Shown here piece by piece: positions 1 to 11,862 of a stretch of DNA of 64,000 bases. The stretch is from Eledone cirrhosa (Eukaryota): NCBI GenBank assembly GCA_964016885.1, contig OZ024740.1, forward strand, positions 399,342,001 through 399,406,000. Direction: 5' to 3'. Below the pieces are notes generated by a model. The model did no database searches, had not been told where the DNA came from, and worked only from the letters and a program-made list of their open reading frames with translations. Within the stretch, counting starts at the first letter, position 1. Each line of letters starts with the position of its first letter. Made by a program: the position numbers and the translations under genes.

Positions 1-1865
1 CAGCAAAACAAACACCAACACCACCCCAAACACAAGCACCCACCATAAAAAGAAAACTCCCGGACAAACAACAAACTAAAACAACACAACAAAAACAAAA
101 ACAACAATACGCATACATCAACACAAACAACAAGAGTTTGATGGAGGTCATCTCCCAAAACTCCAAGGTGGAGACGGAGGGCAAAACCTTCGTCAAGGCA
201 GAATCGTCTCCACACCTTAAAGTTATAAGAGTTTCTATGGAAACCTATAATGACCTGAAAAATAAATTTTCACAGGACGAGGGCAACCCCTGCCAGAAAC
301 CCATCAACCGCGTCCTGTTAAAATGTTTCACCACCCCACCCAACACCCCATCCAGCACCCAAATGGAGATTGAACAACCCGATCTCCAGGAAACGAAAAG
401 ATAAGTGCACCTTTCGTCCTTTTTCTCCAACTCTTCTTCACCAACATGGCTAGAATGTGCCTGGCCTAGGGATGCCCTGGAAACAGGGCCAACTTTTAAA
501 CGACCTTAGGTCACACGGTATGGATGTGATAGCCATCACCGAGTCCAGGATCCACAACAGGTAGCAACTAACCCCATCTTCGACGACTTTGAGATGTACG
601 CATCTCTCTGTCAGCCAGGAGGTGGAGGGGGAGTGGCTGTCATGTTTCGGAAGAACCTGGACGTCGAAGTACAGCAAGTACACTTGGACCCGGAGGGTAG
701 ACTGGTAGTCCTAGACGTGAACAGTATTGGAGGTGGAGCCTTCAGACTGGTGGCCGTTTATGACCCCACCGGGCAATCGCAATCACGGCCAGACTTCTTT
801 AAGCGTCTAGAGTCTTTTCTGGTAACGTCTTGCTCCTTACTTTTAGTGGGGGACTGGAATGGGATCCTAGATGCACGATGGGACTATGTGGGAGCATGTT
901 GCAGTAGAGGGGCGCGCAACAGCCTCAAAACTTTAATCAGCCAATTCCAACTGGCCGATAGGTATCGACTGGATTTTCCGACTGCACCAGAGTGGACGTG
1001 GGCAAACCGCAGCGGGACATCTAGATCGTATTTAGATAGGTTCTTCATTAGAGAAAGGGACAAAGAGATGTTAAGCTGTCCACGAATGCACATGGTTGCC
1101 TATTCAGATCACAAATTAGTCGTCTGCTTAGTCAACCGTGATAGAATACATAGACAAGGACCCGGATACTGGAAGCTGAATGTGTCGTTGCCGGCACGTA
1201 AAGCTTACAGTTAACGGATAAGTAGACTAGTCAAGCAACAGTTAACGGGAGCCATCGTCAACAATAAATGGTGGTACTCTCTCAAGAAAGCAATTAGAAT
1301 AGAATCGATATGGTTTAGCAGAGAGTTAGCCTTAGAGAAAAACAAAATAGAAAGAGAACTATTAGCCAAGGTAGAGGAGGCACTTAGAAGTGGTAACGCG
1401 GCTAGAGTGTTAGCGTCGAGAACAGCACTGGACCAGTTCTTCGATGCGAAACACGAAGGCTGCGTGGTCAGAAGCAAAACACGTGCTCTAGGAAACGAAG
1501 GAGCAAAAGCTGTCAGCTGGGCCCGAGTGGCGGAGGCGAAAAGTGGCAACAAGTCCACGATTCGGTCTTTGAAAGACCAAAACGGACACGTGCTACTTGA
1601 CCCCAAGGAAATGTGAGCGGTCTTTCAGCAGCACTTTGCGCGATTGTTTGAGCAGAACGACGGTGAGCCGAACGGGGCAATGGACTTTAGTTCATACCTC
1701 GACGGCCTGCCGCGTCTCTCGAACACGGACGCCGTGTTCTGCGATAGACCAATCACGGACACTGAGATACGGGACGCTCTGAGCCGCTGCGGGAAACGCA
1801 AGTCACCCGGTCTAGATGGTCTACCCTATGAGGTTTACATAGGCATGCCGGACTTGTTCTCTGGC
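1..1865 (+). mobile_element. L1/Tx1-like LINE, duplicate copy, 3' part deleted (end of ORF1, APE endonuclease, start of RT)
   Basis: APE motifs GGVAV, GDWN, SYLDRF and SDH in 594-1214; KSPGLDGLPYE RT-start motif; internal stops. Matches 28020-29884, then jumps to the equivalent of 32053. Confidence 0.9.
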
Positions 1866-2084
1866 CATTCTTGTCACACTTTGCGTAAAACTGATCTTAT
1901 CTGAGGGTACACGTAATGTGAATTATTTAACAATCTATACGTTAATTCATGAGTCGGTGTTTAAATGATGGAACAACTGAGCGGACATCGTCAAAACCGA
2001 CGGACAAATCAATTATCTTCATTGTTACTTATGAAATTATCTTCTTAAATCTGATTCAGAGTGATTGTCTTATAAATATTGGTT

Positions 2085-2290
2085 TCTCAAATTTTTAAAA
2101 TATTGATTTCTAGCATAAGCACAATATCTGAAAGATGATGGGTGGGTATAATCGATTTAATCGACTGCAGTACTTGGTTCTATCGACGGAAAAAAAATGA
2201 AAGAGTAACCTGATCTTGGTGGGATTTGAACTAAGAATATATAGGTAGATAACTAAACACCGCGGATCATGTTCATCATTCTCCTGATTC
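2085..2290 (-). mobile_element. Degenerate SINE-like repeat (duplicate at about 32272-32477)
   Basis: Resembles 31640-31830 (atcgac...atgaaag...gatttgaact..gaa), including a reverse-complement B-box-like GTTCAAATC. Confidence 0.45.
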
Positions 2291-2593
2291 TGTTTACTGT
2301 CTTTTTAATATTACCAGTTGTTTAGTTTAATCACTATAATAAGTTAAAATAATGTAAAAAATTCCACATTTCAACAACCTTTAATTCCTAACATATACTA
2401 CTTGAAAAATACTGATATTGCTATTTTAGCAATGTATCTAGTTTCTCTTAAACGTCTCAGCTATTAAATCATTGAATTACGCCAAAGTATTAAAGGAGAA
2501 ACAAAACAATTCCTTAATATATTACTGCATATAGTGCTTCTTAATAAAGTCAAATATATACCCACATGTAAACAAAAATAGCCAAAGAAACAC

Positions 2594-2718
<125 letters not shown>

Positions 2719-2802
2719 AACTGTTTAGATCAGTTGATAACACAACCATATAAAAACAAATAATAATACAAAGCTCAAATGTGATTTATAGTCCTCAACA
2801 AA

Positions 2803-2894
<92 letters not shown>

Positions 2895-3459
2895 CAGTAT
2901 ATAGAGAGAAATACACAAAAAATAATTCAGAGCTCAAATGTGATTTTATAGTCCTCAACAAAATAGGTAGAAGAGAGCTCAGAGTTTAATCCCATCGGTA
3001 AATTTCCTGTCACAGTAGTTCTACAATATCACAGAACATATATAAAATAAATCAAAATAACTGAATTAAATTACACTAAATTATATAATTGATTTACGAA
3101 GGGGAATGAGGGACAATATAAAATCTACACTATTTCCAGGTATAATAATTATTATCGGATGGTTAGTATATTTTAATTTATTCTTTTAATTGATCTGTAT
3201 TCTCCTTTCTTTTTGTAAAAAATATCTTTTTCATTCTCGTGGTTCTCCATCCCCTATGATTAAACACATACCTCTTTGTATATTTCTCTCTATATAATGA
3301 TTTATAAAGAGCCGAGAATCTATTTCTTGAGCTCATCAAATTATAGGTCATTAACGTGAGTCTTTAACTCCGTTTTTTAATTTGATATATTTAAATATAT
3401 AAATATACATACATATTTATATATATTTGGATGGTTAGCATGTTTGAGCCATATATTTT

Positions 3460-3872
3460 TTAAATAAAAAGAAATTCAAACACAAACTGGCGCGAAAGCT
3501 GATGTGCTTATTCACGTGACTGCATGAACCAACCAAACTTCACTAATATATGAAAAAACAACCCGAGCACCCCCCTTTTTTTGAAGGAAAATTATAATAA
3601 CTTTGTAACGCGAACTGGCGCGAAATTTATTATACTTATTCATCAACCAACCAAATTACTTCTCTAAAAACCTCGCATTACGAGCCACTTTTTCCCATAT
3701 AAAACAGAAGTAACATTCAAAGACCAACCAGATGTGAGAAAAACCACAAACCCTCCATCACAATTCTACTTTTGAAAAGCAGAAGAACTGCGAAACCGGT
3801 AAAGGAACCAAATAAATATATATTTAAAAAAAAAAGACTCCAGTTGCATTTTCAATTTCATCTTTTTTCCTT
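3460..3872 (+). mobile_element. Solo 3' pseudo-LTR fragment of the Neptune-type PLE family at 50973-56845 (duplicate at about 33630-34043)
   Basis: Shares gaactggcgcgaaatttatt, agaccaaccagatgtgagaaaaaccaca and the hammerhead with 51820-52167; ends at the same position in (TA)n. Confidence 0.85.
3768..3805 (+). ncRNA. Minimal type I hammerhead ribozyme, U3-A8 core variant (duplicate at 33939-33976)
   Basis: CTT-TTGAAAA-GCAG(aagaa)CTGC-GAAA-CCGG-TA-AAG; palindromic stem III ACCGGT; GUA cleavage triplet. Confidence 0.75.
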
Positions 3873-3889
3873 ATATATATATATATATA

Positions 3890-4600
3890 TAAGAAAGTAA
3901 GTCCATAGAATCATTAGATAAAATATATACAGTATTTCTTCTCCCAATCAACATAATCAACCATACAAAGATCATTTAAACGAGGCTATAAGTTTAAAAT
4001 ATACCTATGAAGAAATAATAGATAAATAAATGATAGCTTTTTATCCGCGATTCACAGCCACAGAAAATTTACTAATTCTTAGCCATTTTGAATTCGTTTC
4101 TGGCGGGGATCATTTAAGAAATATCTTTGTCCAATTGAGTTTGTCTCCTGATGATTTCGAAACTCGTTGATTTATCCAAGATCGGATATTTCCAAAAAGC
4201 GAATGAAATCCCAGGGGGTAGAGATATATTTGATGATTTTGGTATGTTTATGTACATTTTTTTCTTCTAACTTTGATTTTGTACCTAATTATGTATGGTT
4301 AACTGTATGTCTAGTCAATTTCTACAGGCTATTAGAAATACTAGGTCAATTTTCAGTCGCTGTGAATCGCGGATAAAAAGCTATCATTTATTTATCTATT
4401 ATTTCTTCATGGGTATATTTAAAACTTATAGCTGCGTTTAAATGATCTTTGTATGGTTGATTATGCTGATTGGGAGAAGAAATACTGTATATATTTTATC
4501 TAATGATTCTATGGACTTACTTTCTTATATATTGCTCTGATCGTTGATTATTTAAGTAATTAATTCGTCATTGAGCCACATCGTGAAAGGTTGCCAAAAC
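3890..4600. repeat. Fold-back insertion in (TA)n with about 170-bp inverted arms (3890-4060 / 4358-4530); duplicate at about 34063-34770
   Basis: aagaaagtaagtccatagaatc...tccgcgattcacagc is the reverse complement of gctgtgaatcgcgga...ctatggacttactttctt. Confidence 0.85.
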
Positions 4601-4665
4601 CATATATATCTATATATCTAAGGCTCTGTCTAGTTTATGTGTATGTAAACTTCTAAATTATATCT

Positions 4666-4779
<114 letters not shown>

Positions 4780-4795
4780 TAAAATAACAGATTAA

Positions 4796-4846
4796 AGTTT
4801 AAGCAAAGAATCGCTGCTTTCACTCTTAACGGGATCTTCTGAAACT
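4796..4846 (-). ncRNA. Degenerate type I hammerhead ribozyme (duplicate at 35866-35916)
   Basis: AGTTT-CAGAAGA-TCCCgttaaGAGT-GAAA-GCAG(cgattct)TTGC-TT-AAACT. Stems I and III pair; U4A change and imperfect stem II. Confidence 0.55.
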
Positions 4847-5791
4847 AACAAAGTCAATCAGTAAACGCAGAAGTTGATATTTCAAAAAACGTTGCAGTCG
4901 GAGGAAGACAGGAAGACGATACTTTGATTCGTGGAAACGTTCCCTGGCAAAGAACGGGAAAAACGAATATAATACGTCATTAATATGAGCGGTGAAAAAC
5001 AATTACGCGCAAAGACAGAACCACGTAAATGGTATAAAAGAGGTCGTAGACTAATGTTCTCTTAGGTGGTTCATAGAGACGTTCTCTGGCAATGAACGGA
5101 AAAAACGAAGATAATACGTCATATGTGGAGCGTGGAGAACAATTACACGCAAAGACAAAACCACGTAAATGGTATAGCTGAAGTCGTAGACTAAAATTCT
5201 AACTAGGAAACCGAATGAATCTCCGCTTCAGAGTTAAGAATAAAGTAAATAAAATACAATACAGAGGTAATAGAAATTAAATAAATACATACACGCATGC
5301 AAATACGTACATACACAGGCATACGCGAAAACACTTGCCATAGGTATACAAAACCACGCACATATAAATATGTGTGTGTGTGTATGCCTGTATACAAATA
5401 AATAAATAATTAAATAAACGTATATAAATAAATCAATACGCATATAACAAGCATACACACATACCTACATGTAAATACACAAATGTTCGGATACGTACAT
5501 CAACCAAAACATGAAGTACACATATACACACACACACAATACATACGTACGAACCTGCATACTCACACAGATGCAAAACTCCCGTATACACATAACCAAA
5601 CCATATGTACCAGAATATATAAAAAATTATACGCCATAACATATACATTTAAATATACATACGAGAAAATATACGTACCTTCACAAAACATACAGGTAAT
5701 ATATACTTACCTATGCAAATAAGTAATGGTATAAACAAAACATATACTTAGCTACCACATCAAGACGTAAAATATCCACGTATAGATCGTA

Positions 5792-7261
5792 CTATCCGTT
5801 AGGGTATAACGTGGGGCTGTAATACAGGAAAGTTTTGTGCAATTTACGTTTACAAGCCGAAATTGCCTCATATTTTTTGTTTAAGATGTGGTCTGTGGCG
5901 TAGAGTATTTCCAGGGCCTCAGCGGCGCAGAGGTCACATGGTCTTTTATTTCCGTTATACGATATAGCCCTAGCTAGGATCTCCCAGTGTAACTTATATT
6001 GGGTGTGGTTGTCTTTTAGACGCCAGATATAAGCTGAAAGTGACGTCATATTCCTTCTTAGAGGGTAACGAAAAGAATGGGTATGCATGTAAAGACGCTG
6101 CTTGAATCTATTGGCGGTTAACCCTATGTAGGCCCTACGGGACGTGGGTGTTTCAACCTTACATTTGTAGACAATGTTACTAGAGAGGCATTTCCCGGAT
6201 AGGGGGCAATCAACTCGACTCCTACAATTACAGTTAGTACTAACTACAGGGTTGCACGCGTTCCTACGGCTAGGTAGTTTAGCTAAATTTGAAGCTGTGA
6301 TGTTATGTGCAAGGTTAGGAGTCGTAGAGTAAGAAATTTTAATAGAATTTCTATTAACAATTTTACTACATTTATGTGTAGGGGGAAAATGCTTTGTAAT
6401 AAGGGAAAGAAAGATCTTAGCTAATGGTGTGGCCACCTCCATATTATATGGTGGGTTATACCAACAAATGCGACGGGATCTATTTCTTCTAGGTCTATTC
6501 TCGTACTCTGTATATGCTACCTTATCGACAAATCCACTCCGAGCAAGAGCTTCATTGTAATAAGTGGAATGGTCGTTGAAAATATGCTCGTTAGTAGATA
6601 GACGGGAAAGCCTCAACGAAACGTTTCTTACCAGGTTCTTGGTTATGCTGGCAGGATGGTTGGAATGCTTACTTATGTAATTAAGCGTATCATTCGGCTT
6701 TCTATACGGGTAATACAATCCATTCGATAAATTGAGGGTAACGTCGAGGTAATTAACGACCGAGAGATTGGCCTCAACCTGTATAGAGAGGTTGAAGCCT
6801 TTAAAGACGGCTGTGAGTTCTTTTCTGAACCTGTCGCAAGCACGAGGTCCGCACTTAGTCATGGTCAAAAGGCCATCATCACGGTACAAACCACCGCCCG
6901 CGTTGGGGAATTCGTCCTTAATAGAGAAAAGAAGGAAAAGGCCGATAAGATCAGTAACCTCCGCAGAATCGCTGGCGCCCATACTCACGTAGAATGGGGT
7001 ACTATTGGATTTTTTAATCCAAATAGAGTCGTCGAAATTAATCACCGACTTACGGGCATTGAGGATGACAACAACTTCGAAATCCTTAACCACCGTGAGT
7101 GTTTTAGCGAAATTGATAGCTCTAAGGAGAAGTGGTAAAGTGATGGAGGAGTAGTAATTGTTGATGTCGAATTGGATAAAACGGCAATGTTCCTTGTTGC
7201 ATATGCCGTTGAACCAATCAATCACCGCGAAAGAATTGTTCCACAGTGCAAGAGGGGCCAA
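5792..7261 (-). CDS. PLE reverse transcriptase + GIY-YIG endonuclease, 5'-truncated (frame open to about 7343)
   Basis: FDINNYYSSI, MGASDS, YRDD, CNC...CPLSGKC linker, IVY...YIG...R...H, terminal LN.K.E motif. Confidence 0.9.
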   Translation of the reverse strand: MAPLALWNNSFAVIDWFNGICNKEHCRFIQFDINNYYSSITLPLLLRAINFAKTLTVVKDFEVVVILNARKSVINFDDSIWIKKSNSTPFYVSMGASDSAEVTDLIGLFLLFSIKDEFPNAGGGLYRDDGLLTMTKCGPRACDRFRKELTAVFKGFNLSIQVEANLSVVNYLDVTLNLSNGLYYPYRKPNDTLNYISKHSNHPASITKNLVRNVSLRLSRLSTNEHIFNDHSTYYNEALARSGFVDKVAYTEYENRPRRNRSRRICWYNPPYNMEVATPLAKIFLSLITKHFPPTHKCSKIVNRNSIKISYSTTPNLAHNITASNLAKLPSRRNACNPVVSTNCNCRSRVDCPLSGKCLSSNIVYKCKVETPTSRRAYIGLTANRFKQRLYMHTHSFRYPLRRNMTSLSAYIWRLKDNHTQYKLHWEILARAISYNGNKRPCDLCAAEALEILYATDHILNKKYEAISACKRKLHKTFLYYSPTLYPNG

Positions 7262-7342
7262 ACTTCTAATTTCAGGTATAATTCTATCAAGAATTTTTTT
7301 ACTAAGTCTACCCAGATCGGACTTCGTAGGGTTAAATATACA

Positions 7343-7419
<77 letters not shown>

Positions 7420-7423
<4 letters not shown>

Positions 7424-8252
7424 TAAAGTGGTCCTTCATCAGTGATCATCCAACCATCATCGATATTTTTCTTCGCTTTAAAGACCAGCGAGAGTGTAAA
7501 CAAACAAAGATGGTGAAGCAACGAAAAGTGAGGAAGAACGAGGCAAGTGCCAAATTTCCATGAATATAAGTTCGGTGAAATCGTGAACGAGAGAGAATAA
7601 AGACGATCAAACCTGGTTGAAATGTGAGCAAGGAAGAAATTCCGCACAGTTCTAACGGGAGGAAGAAGGGGTCTAGTCCGTGAATTCGGTGAACATAAGT
7701 TCTGTGAAATCGTAGACGAGAGAGAGAAAAAATGCCGACCGGCCTGGCCAAGCTTGCGAAAGAAAAGAATTACGCACAGGTCAAACGGGAAGAAGGAGGA
7801 GGAGTAGAGGTAGTAACAGAGAGTGAGTGAGTGAAGGGTGAGGAAGAGGCTAACAGAGAGAGTGACTGTTAGAGAGGGTAAAGATATAGAGAAAGAGGAA
7901 GCAGTAAGAAGGAAATAGACGGGTCACAGCGGGGGAAAAAATATGTGTAAATATGAGAATAAACGTGCTGTGAAGTTGCAAATGGGTTACATATGAATAA
8001 AGTGGTCCTTCATCAGTGATCTTCCAACCATCATCGGTATTTCTTCGCTTTAAAGACCATATACCTCCGGTTGGTGCGAGCAACGGCTAAAGAAAGTTGT
8101 TGGGACACGCGAATAAAGGGAACAGCGAGAGTGTAAACAAACAAAGATGGTGAAGAAACGAAAAGTGAGGAAGAACGAGTCAAGTCCCAAATTTCCATGA
8201 ATATAAGTTCGGTGAAATCGTGAACGAGAGTGAATAAAGACCATCAAACCTG
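7420..8252 (-). mobile_element. Non-coding partial-tandem repeat, probable PLE pseudo-LTR (other copies 38525-39210, 57640-58243)
   Basis: 7420-7620 is repeated at about 7993-8252. Copies start at gaataaagtggtccttcatcagtg next to TA, which reads CTGATGA on the minus strand. Confidence 0.65.
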
Positions 8253-8265
8253 TATATATATATAT

Positions 8266-10326
8266 ATAAAAATACGTATTTAAGAAAGCCACAACAATGC
8301 AAAGGGAAATCTCGAGGTAGGAAGTGAAATATAGATAGGAAAAACAGGTGAAAGTGAAAGTTGAGAGAGACAAAGATGAAAACAAAACAAAGGTAGAAGG
8401 GTTACCGTAGTAGAGATTTTAATCCCAATATTTCGGGCTCACGCCCATCAACGGGGGAAAAGTTCCAAAAGGGGGGGAAAACAGGCCAAGCGGAGAAAGT
8501 GGTGATGTCGTTAAGACAGGAATGCCGTTATGGGGAGAAAAATATTTAAAAGAGGGAGAGAATGCGCGTGCGCGTGATAAGCTGTGGCAAAAGCTACTGA
8601 CCAAATGGGTTAAATCAAGAGGGTGCGTTAGCGTGTGAAAGCCGTAAGATATGTGTATGTAAATATATATGTGTGTGTGACTGTGTGTGTATAAGTGTAA
8701 GTGTGTATATGTGTGAGTGTGTGTGTGTGTGAAAGATAGTGGGCTGTAGAAGTTGGAAATCAAAGGGTGTGAAAGGTGGTAGGTTGTAAAATATGTGTGC
8801 GTGTATAAATATAGATGTGTGTGTGTGTAAGCGTATGGGTATACATGTGTGTGTGTAACTGTGTATGTATATGTGTGAGTGCGTTTGTGTGTGAAAGATA
8901 GTGGGCTGTAGAAGCTGGAAATCAAAGGGTGTGAAAGGTGGTAGGTTGTAAAAACATGTGTGCGTGTAAAATATAGAAGTGTGTGTGCATGCGTATGGGT
9001 ATGCATATACGTGCGTGTGTGTGAAGATAGCAGGCCGTAGGCTGTGAATGGTCATTATGGTTAAGTTAGCCATGTCAGCTCATTTCTCTCAGCCCGGTTG
9101 TTAAGTGGGGGTCTTAGGTTCTTAATAACAAGTGCTTCTTTTATCCTTAAGGATCCGATGCTGCGTTCAGTCGCTAGGACTGTGACCAAGGGTCTACCCT
9201 GTGGGTTTCCGCATTTGAGGATATGTTTACGGAAGGAAGATGCGTTGGTGTTGATATGTTCCTTGATACGAACATGTAGGGGTCGGATGGTGCTACCTAT
9301 GTAAAACTTGTTACATTTATCGCATTGAATCTTATATACGACATAGGTGCGTAGGCAATCTGCCCCCCGTATCGGGCAGTTGCTGAGGGAACAAGTCCTA
9401 TCTGCCTCGTAGGGTTTGTTGGAGAGGCATCTTCGCAGCGAAGGTCCTGTGTGGGCCAAATGTATGTCAAGTCCCTCCGTACGTATGGCCCTGCGGATGG
9501 CGTTCGTGGTAAATTCACTCAGGTGGGGGATTTTAAAGAAGCACCTGCTAATATTAAGTTTTCTAGTGGGTGTCAGTCTACTGGGTCTGGGGTCTCTAAT
9601 TCCGTTAATCAGTCGCTTGGGATAACCATTAGATCTGAGTAGATTACGGAATTGCGTGGTATGGGTGAGACCACCCATCGGGTCGCTGCATCTGTTAGTG
9701 ATCCGTGTCAGTTCATTTAGGACATAGCCTCTCTTAGCGTTGTTGGGGAGGGCTGAGTTATAATGCACAAATAGGTCCTTGCACGCTGCTTTGCGGTAGA
9801 AAGTGGTGTTTATGTCTCCTTGTTCCGAGATGTTGATACGGAAGTCGAGGAGGGCGAGTGACCCGTCTTCTCCCGGGTGTTCGATGGTGAAATCGATGTG
9901 TTGGTCAGTATCGTTGAAGATTTGGTGAATTTCATTCGCCATCTCCCGGGAAGAAGTAAGTATCAGGATATCATCAACGTATCTGGAGTAGAAGGCGACG
10001 GCGTTGGGTTAAATATTTTTCTCCCCATAACGGCATTCCTGTCTTAACGACATCACCACTTTCTCCGCTTGGCCTGTTTTCCCCCCCTTTTGGAACTTTT
10101 CCCCCGTTGATGGGCGTGAGCCCGAAATATTGGGATTAAAATCTCTACTACGGTAACCCTTCTACCTTTGTTTTGTTTTCATCTTTGTCTCTCTCAACTT
10201 TCACTTTCACCTGTTTTTCCTATCTATATTTCACTTCCTACCTCGAGATTTCCCTTTGCATTGTTGTGGCTTTCTTAAATACGTATTTTTACACATTTCA
10301 CAATGCTTCAAGCAAACTTTAACACC

Positions 10327-10330
<4 letters not shown>
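8266..10330 (-). mobile_element. 5'-truncated Poseidon-like PLE with inverted pLTR at its 5' end
   Basis: RT/GIY-YIG ORF; 10009-10290 is the reverse complement of 8266-8545; flanked by (TA)n; absent from unit 2. Confidence 0.9.
9061..9942 (-). CDS. PLE RT thumb + GIY-YIG endonuclease fragment (RYVDD just upstream at about 9970-9985)
   Basis: FTIE...LALLD, YRK, L..NGYP, VVYKIQC..C..FYIG.T.R.L..R..EH, EAL.I....P.LN. Confidence 0.9.
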   Translation of the reverse strand: MANEIHQIFNDTDQHIDFTIEHPGEDGSLALLDFRINISEQGDINTTFYRKAACKDLFVHYNSALPNNAKRGYVLNELTRITNRCSDPMGGLTHTTQFRNLLRSNGYPKRLINGIRDPRPSRLTPTRKLNISRCFFKIPHLSEFTTNAIRRAIRTEGLDIHLAHTGPSLRRCLSNKPYEADRTCSLSNCPIRGADCLRTYVVYKIQCDKCNKFYIGSTIRPLHVRIKEHINTNASSFRKHILKCGNPQGRPLVTVLATERSIGSLRIKEALVIKNLRPPLNNRAERNELTWLT

Positions 10331-10366
<36 letters not shown>

Positions 10367-10368
<2 letters not shown>

Positions 10369-11859
10369 AACCAGTAAGACCCCGACAGCTGAGCTCAAGC
10401 CGTCTCGACGGCTAATTCTGGACTAAATGAAAATTTATCCTGGTATTTAAATAGCCGATCTTCTCAAGGGGTAATTCCATATATGGTCAAAGTGATTGTC
10501 AAAAATCAGTAGTAATTCTGTGGTTGCAAATTAGTAGGGGAGATGGTGGCTAAACCTGCCGGTAGGAGAAAGAGGGGAGGGGGTGGAGTAGACCCAATCA
10601 AGCGTTGGTAGTGCCGGCTACAGCTGGGCATGAGGTCAAAGAAGATACAGGGGAGGGGGATGGGGAGGAAGTCGGAACGGTAGGTAGAACAATGCGGGGT
10701 AGAAATATATAGGAAAGAGAAAATACTGAGAGTGAAGAAAAGCAAATAAGTGCAAAGAAAAAAGTAAAGTAAATTAAATTCTACGACCTAGGTCTCAGGC
10801 TATTGTTAGGCTAGAATAAAATAAAGAAAGAAAGAAAGAAGTAAATAAATAAATAAATAAATAAATAACGAAATAAGTAAAAGAACAAGGTGGGACGGTA
10901 TAGGCAAGGACCCTTTTAAGAGGTATAAGTACGTAAATGATACGGTGACGGGTCAACAAAAGGGGCCAAAATACTAAAGAGACTACCACGAAATAAACAA
11001 TAAAGGTTACCATCCCGGGCCAGCAACGACCCAGTGCAGCAAAGTGAACTTGTACGAGATAATAATTCTGAGTCCCGAGAAAAATATATACTAATGCTAA
11101 CTCTAAAAGATCTAAAACAAGCTACATGAAAGTTCGTACGAAATAAAGGTAGAATACGGAGAAATAAATTCAGAATCCACCCCGCCCAGAAGAAAAGTGA
11201 AGCAAGAAATACTGAAACGAAAAAATAAGGCATAAGTGCCACTAAGAAATATAGAGGGCACAGAGAATAGTGGGAGCGGTCGGAGAAAGGGGGCAAGTAT
11301 CCGGGGTCTAAGCCAACTGCTATAAAGGGCGGAGTCCGCCAAATCTATCATAGACTAGGGGAGGGGGGGGGGTACTAAGGCTACATGGGGCCAAAGGGCA
11401 GCCGCGGGTGGGCGAGAAAAGACGCCGACAAAGGAGAAGAGCTGGGGTAGAAGGACTAAGGAGAGAGGGGGGAAGGAAATAAAGGAAGCGATAAAAGAAT
11501 ACAGCTGTAGCCGGCACTACCAGCTGTAGCCGGCACTACCAACGCTTGATTGGGTCTACTCCACCCCCTCCCCTCTTTCTCCTACCGGCAGGTTTAGCCA
11601 CCATCTCCCCTACTAATTTGCAACCACAGAATTACTACTGATTTTTGACAATCACTTTGACCATATATGGAATTACCCCTTGAGAAGATCGGCTATTTAA
11701 ATACCAGGATAAATTTTCATTTAGTCCAGAATTAGCCGTCGAAACGGCTTGAGCTCAGCTGTCGGGGTCTTACTGGTTCCTATTACCCACTCTACTACCT
11801 CAAGTATTGAGTACTTTGGTGCGTTATGGTTCACTTGGTTCCTTACCACATTTACTTCG

Positions 11860-11862
<3 letters not shown>
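10367..11862. mobile_element. Non-coding fold-back PLE pLTR insertion (family A); arms about 10367-10625 and 11521-11782, plus an about 80-bp tail
   Basis: Inverted arms; 19-bp duplication cagctgtagccggcactac at the inversion junction; (TA)n on both sides; absent from unit 2. Confidence 0.85.
11675..11768 (+). ncRNA. Type I hammerhead ribozyme, U3-A8 variant with extended stem II (inverted copy 10379-10472 has GAAA>GAGA)
   Basis: ACCCC-TTGAGAA-GA(T)CGGCTA...TAGCCGTC-GAAA-CGGC(ttgagctca)GCTG-TC-GGGGT; GUC site at 11763. Confidence 0.8.

Noticed and set aside
4136-4175. CTGATGA-tttc-GAAAC hammerhead-like core
   Set aside because: No pair closing stem II and no convincing stem I.
4462-4497. 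CTGATTG...GAAATACTGTATA in the fold-back arm
   Set aside because: Core deviates at several invariant positions and there is no stem II.
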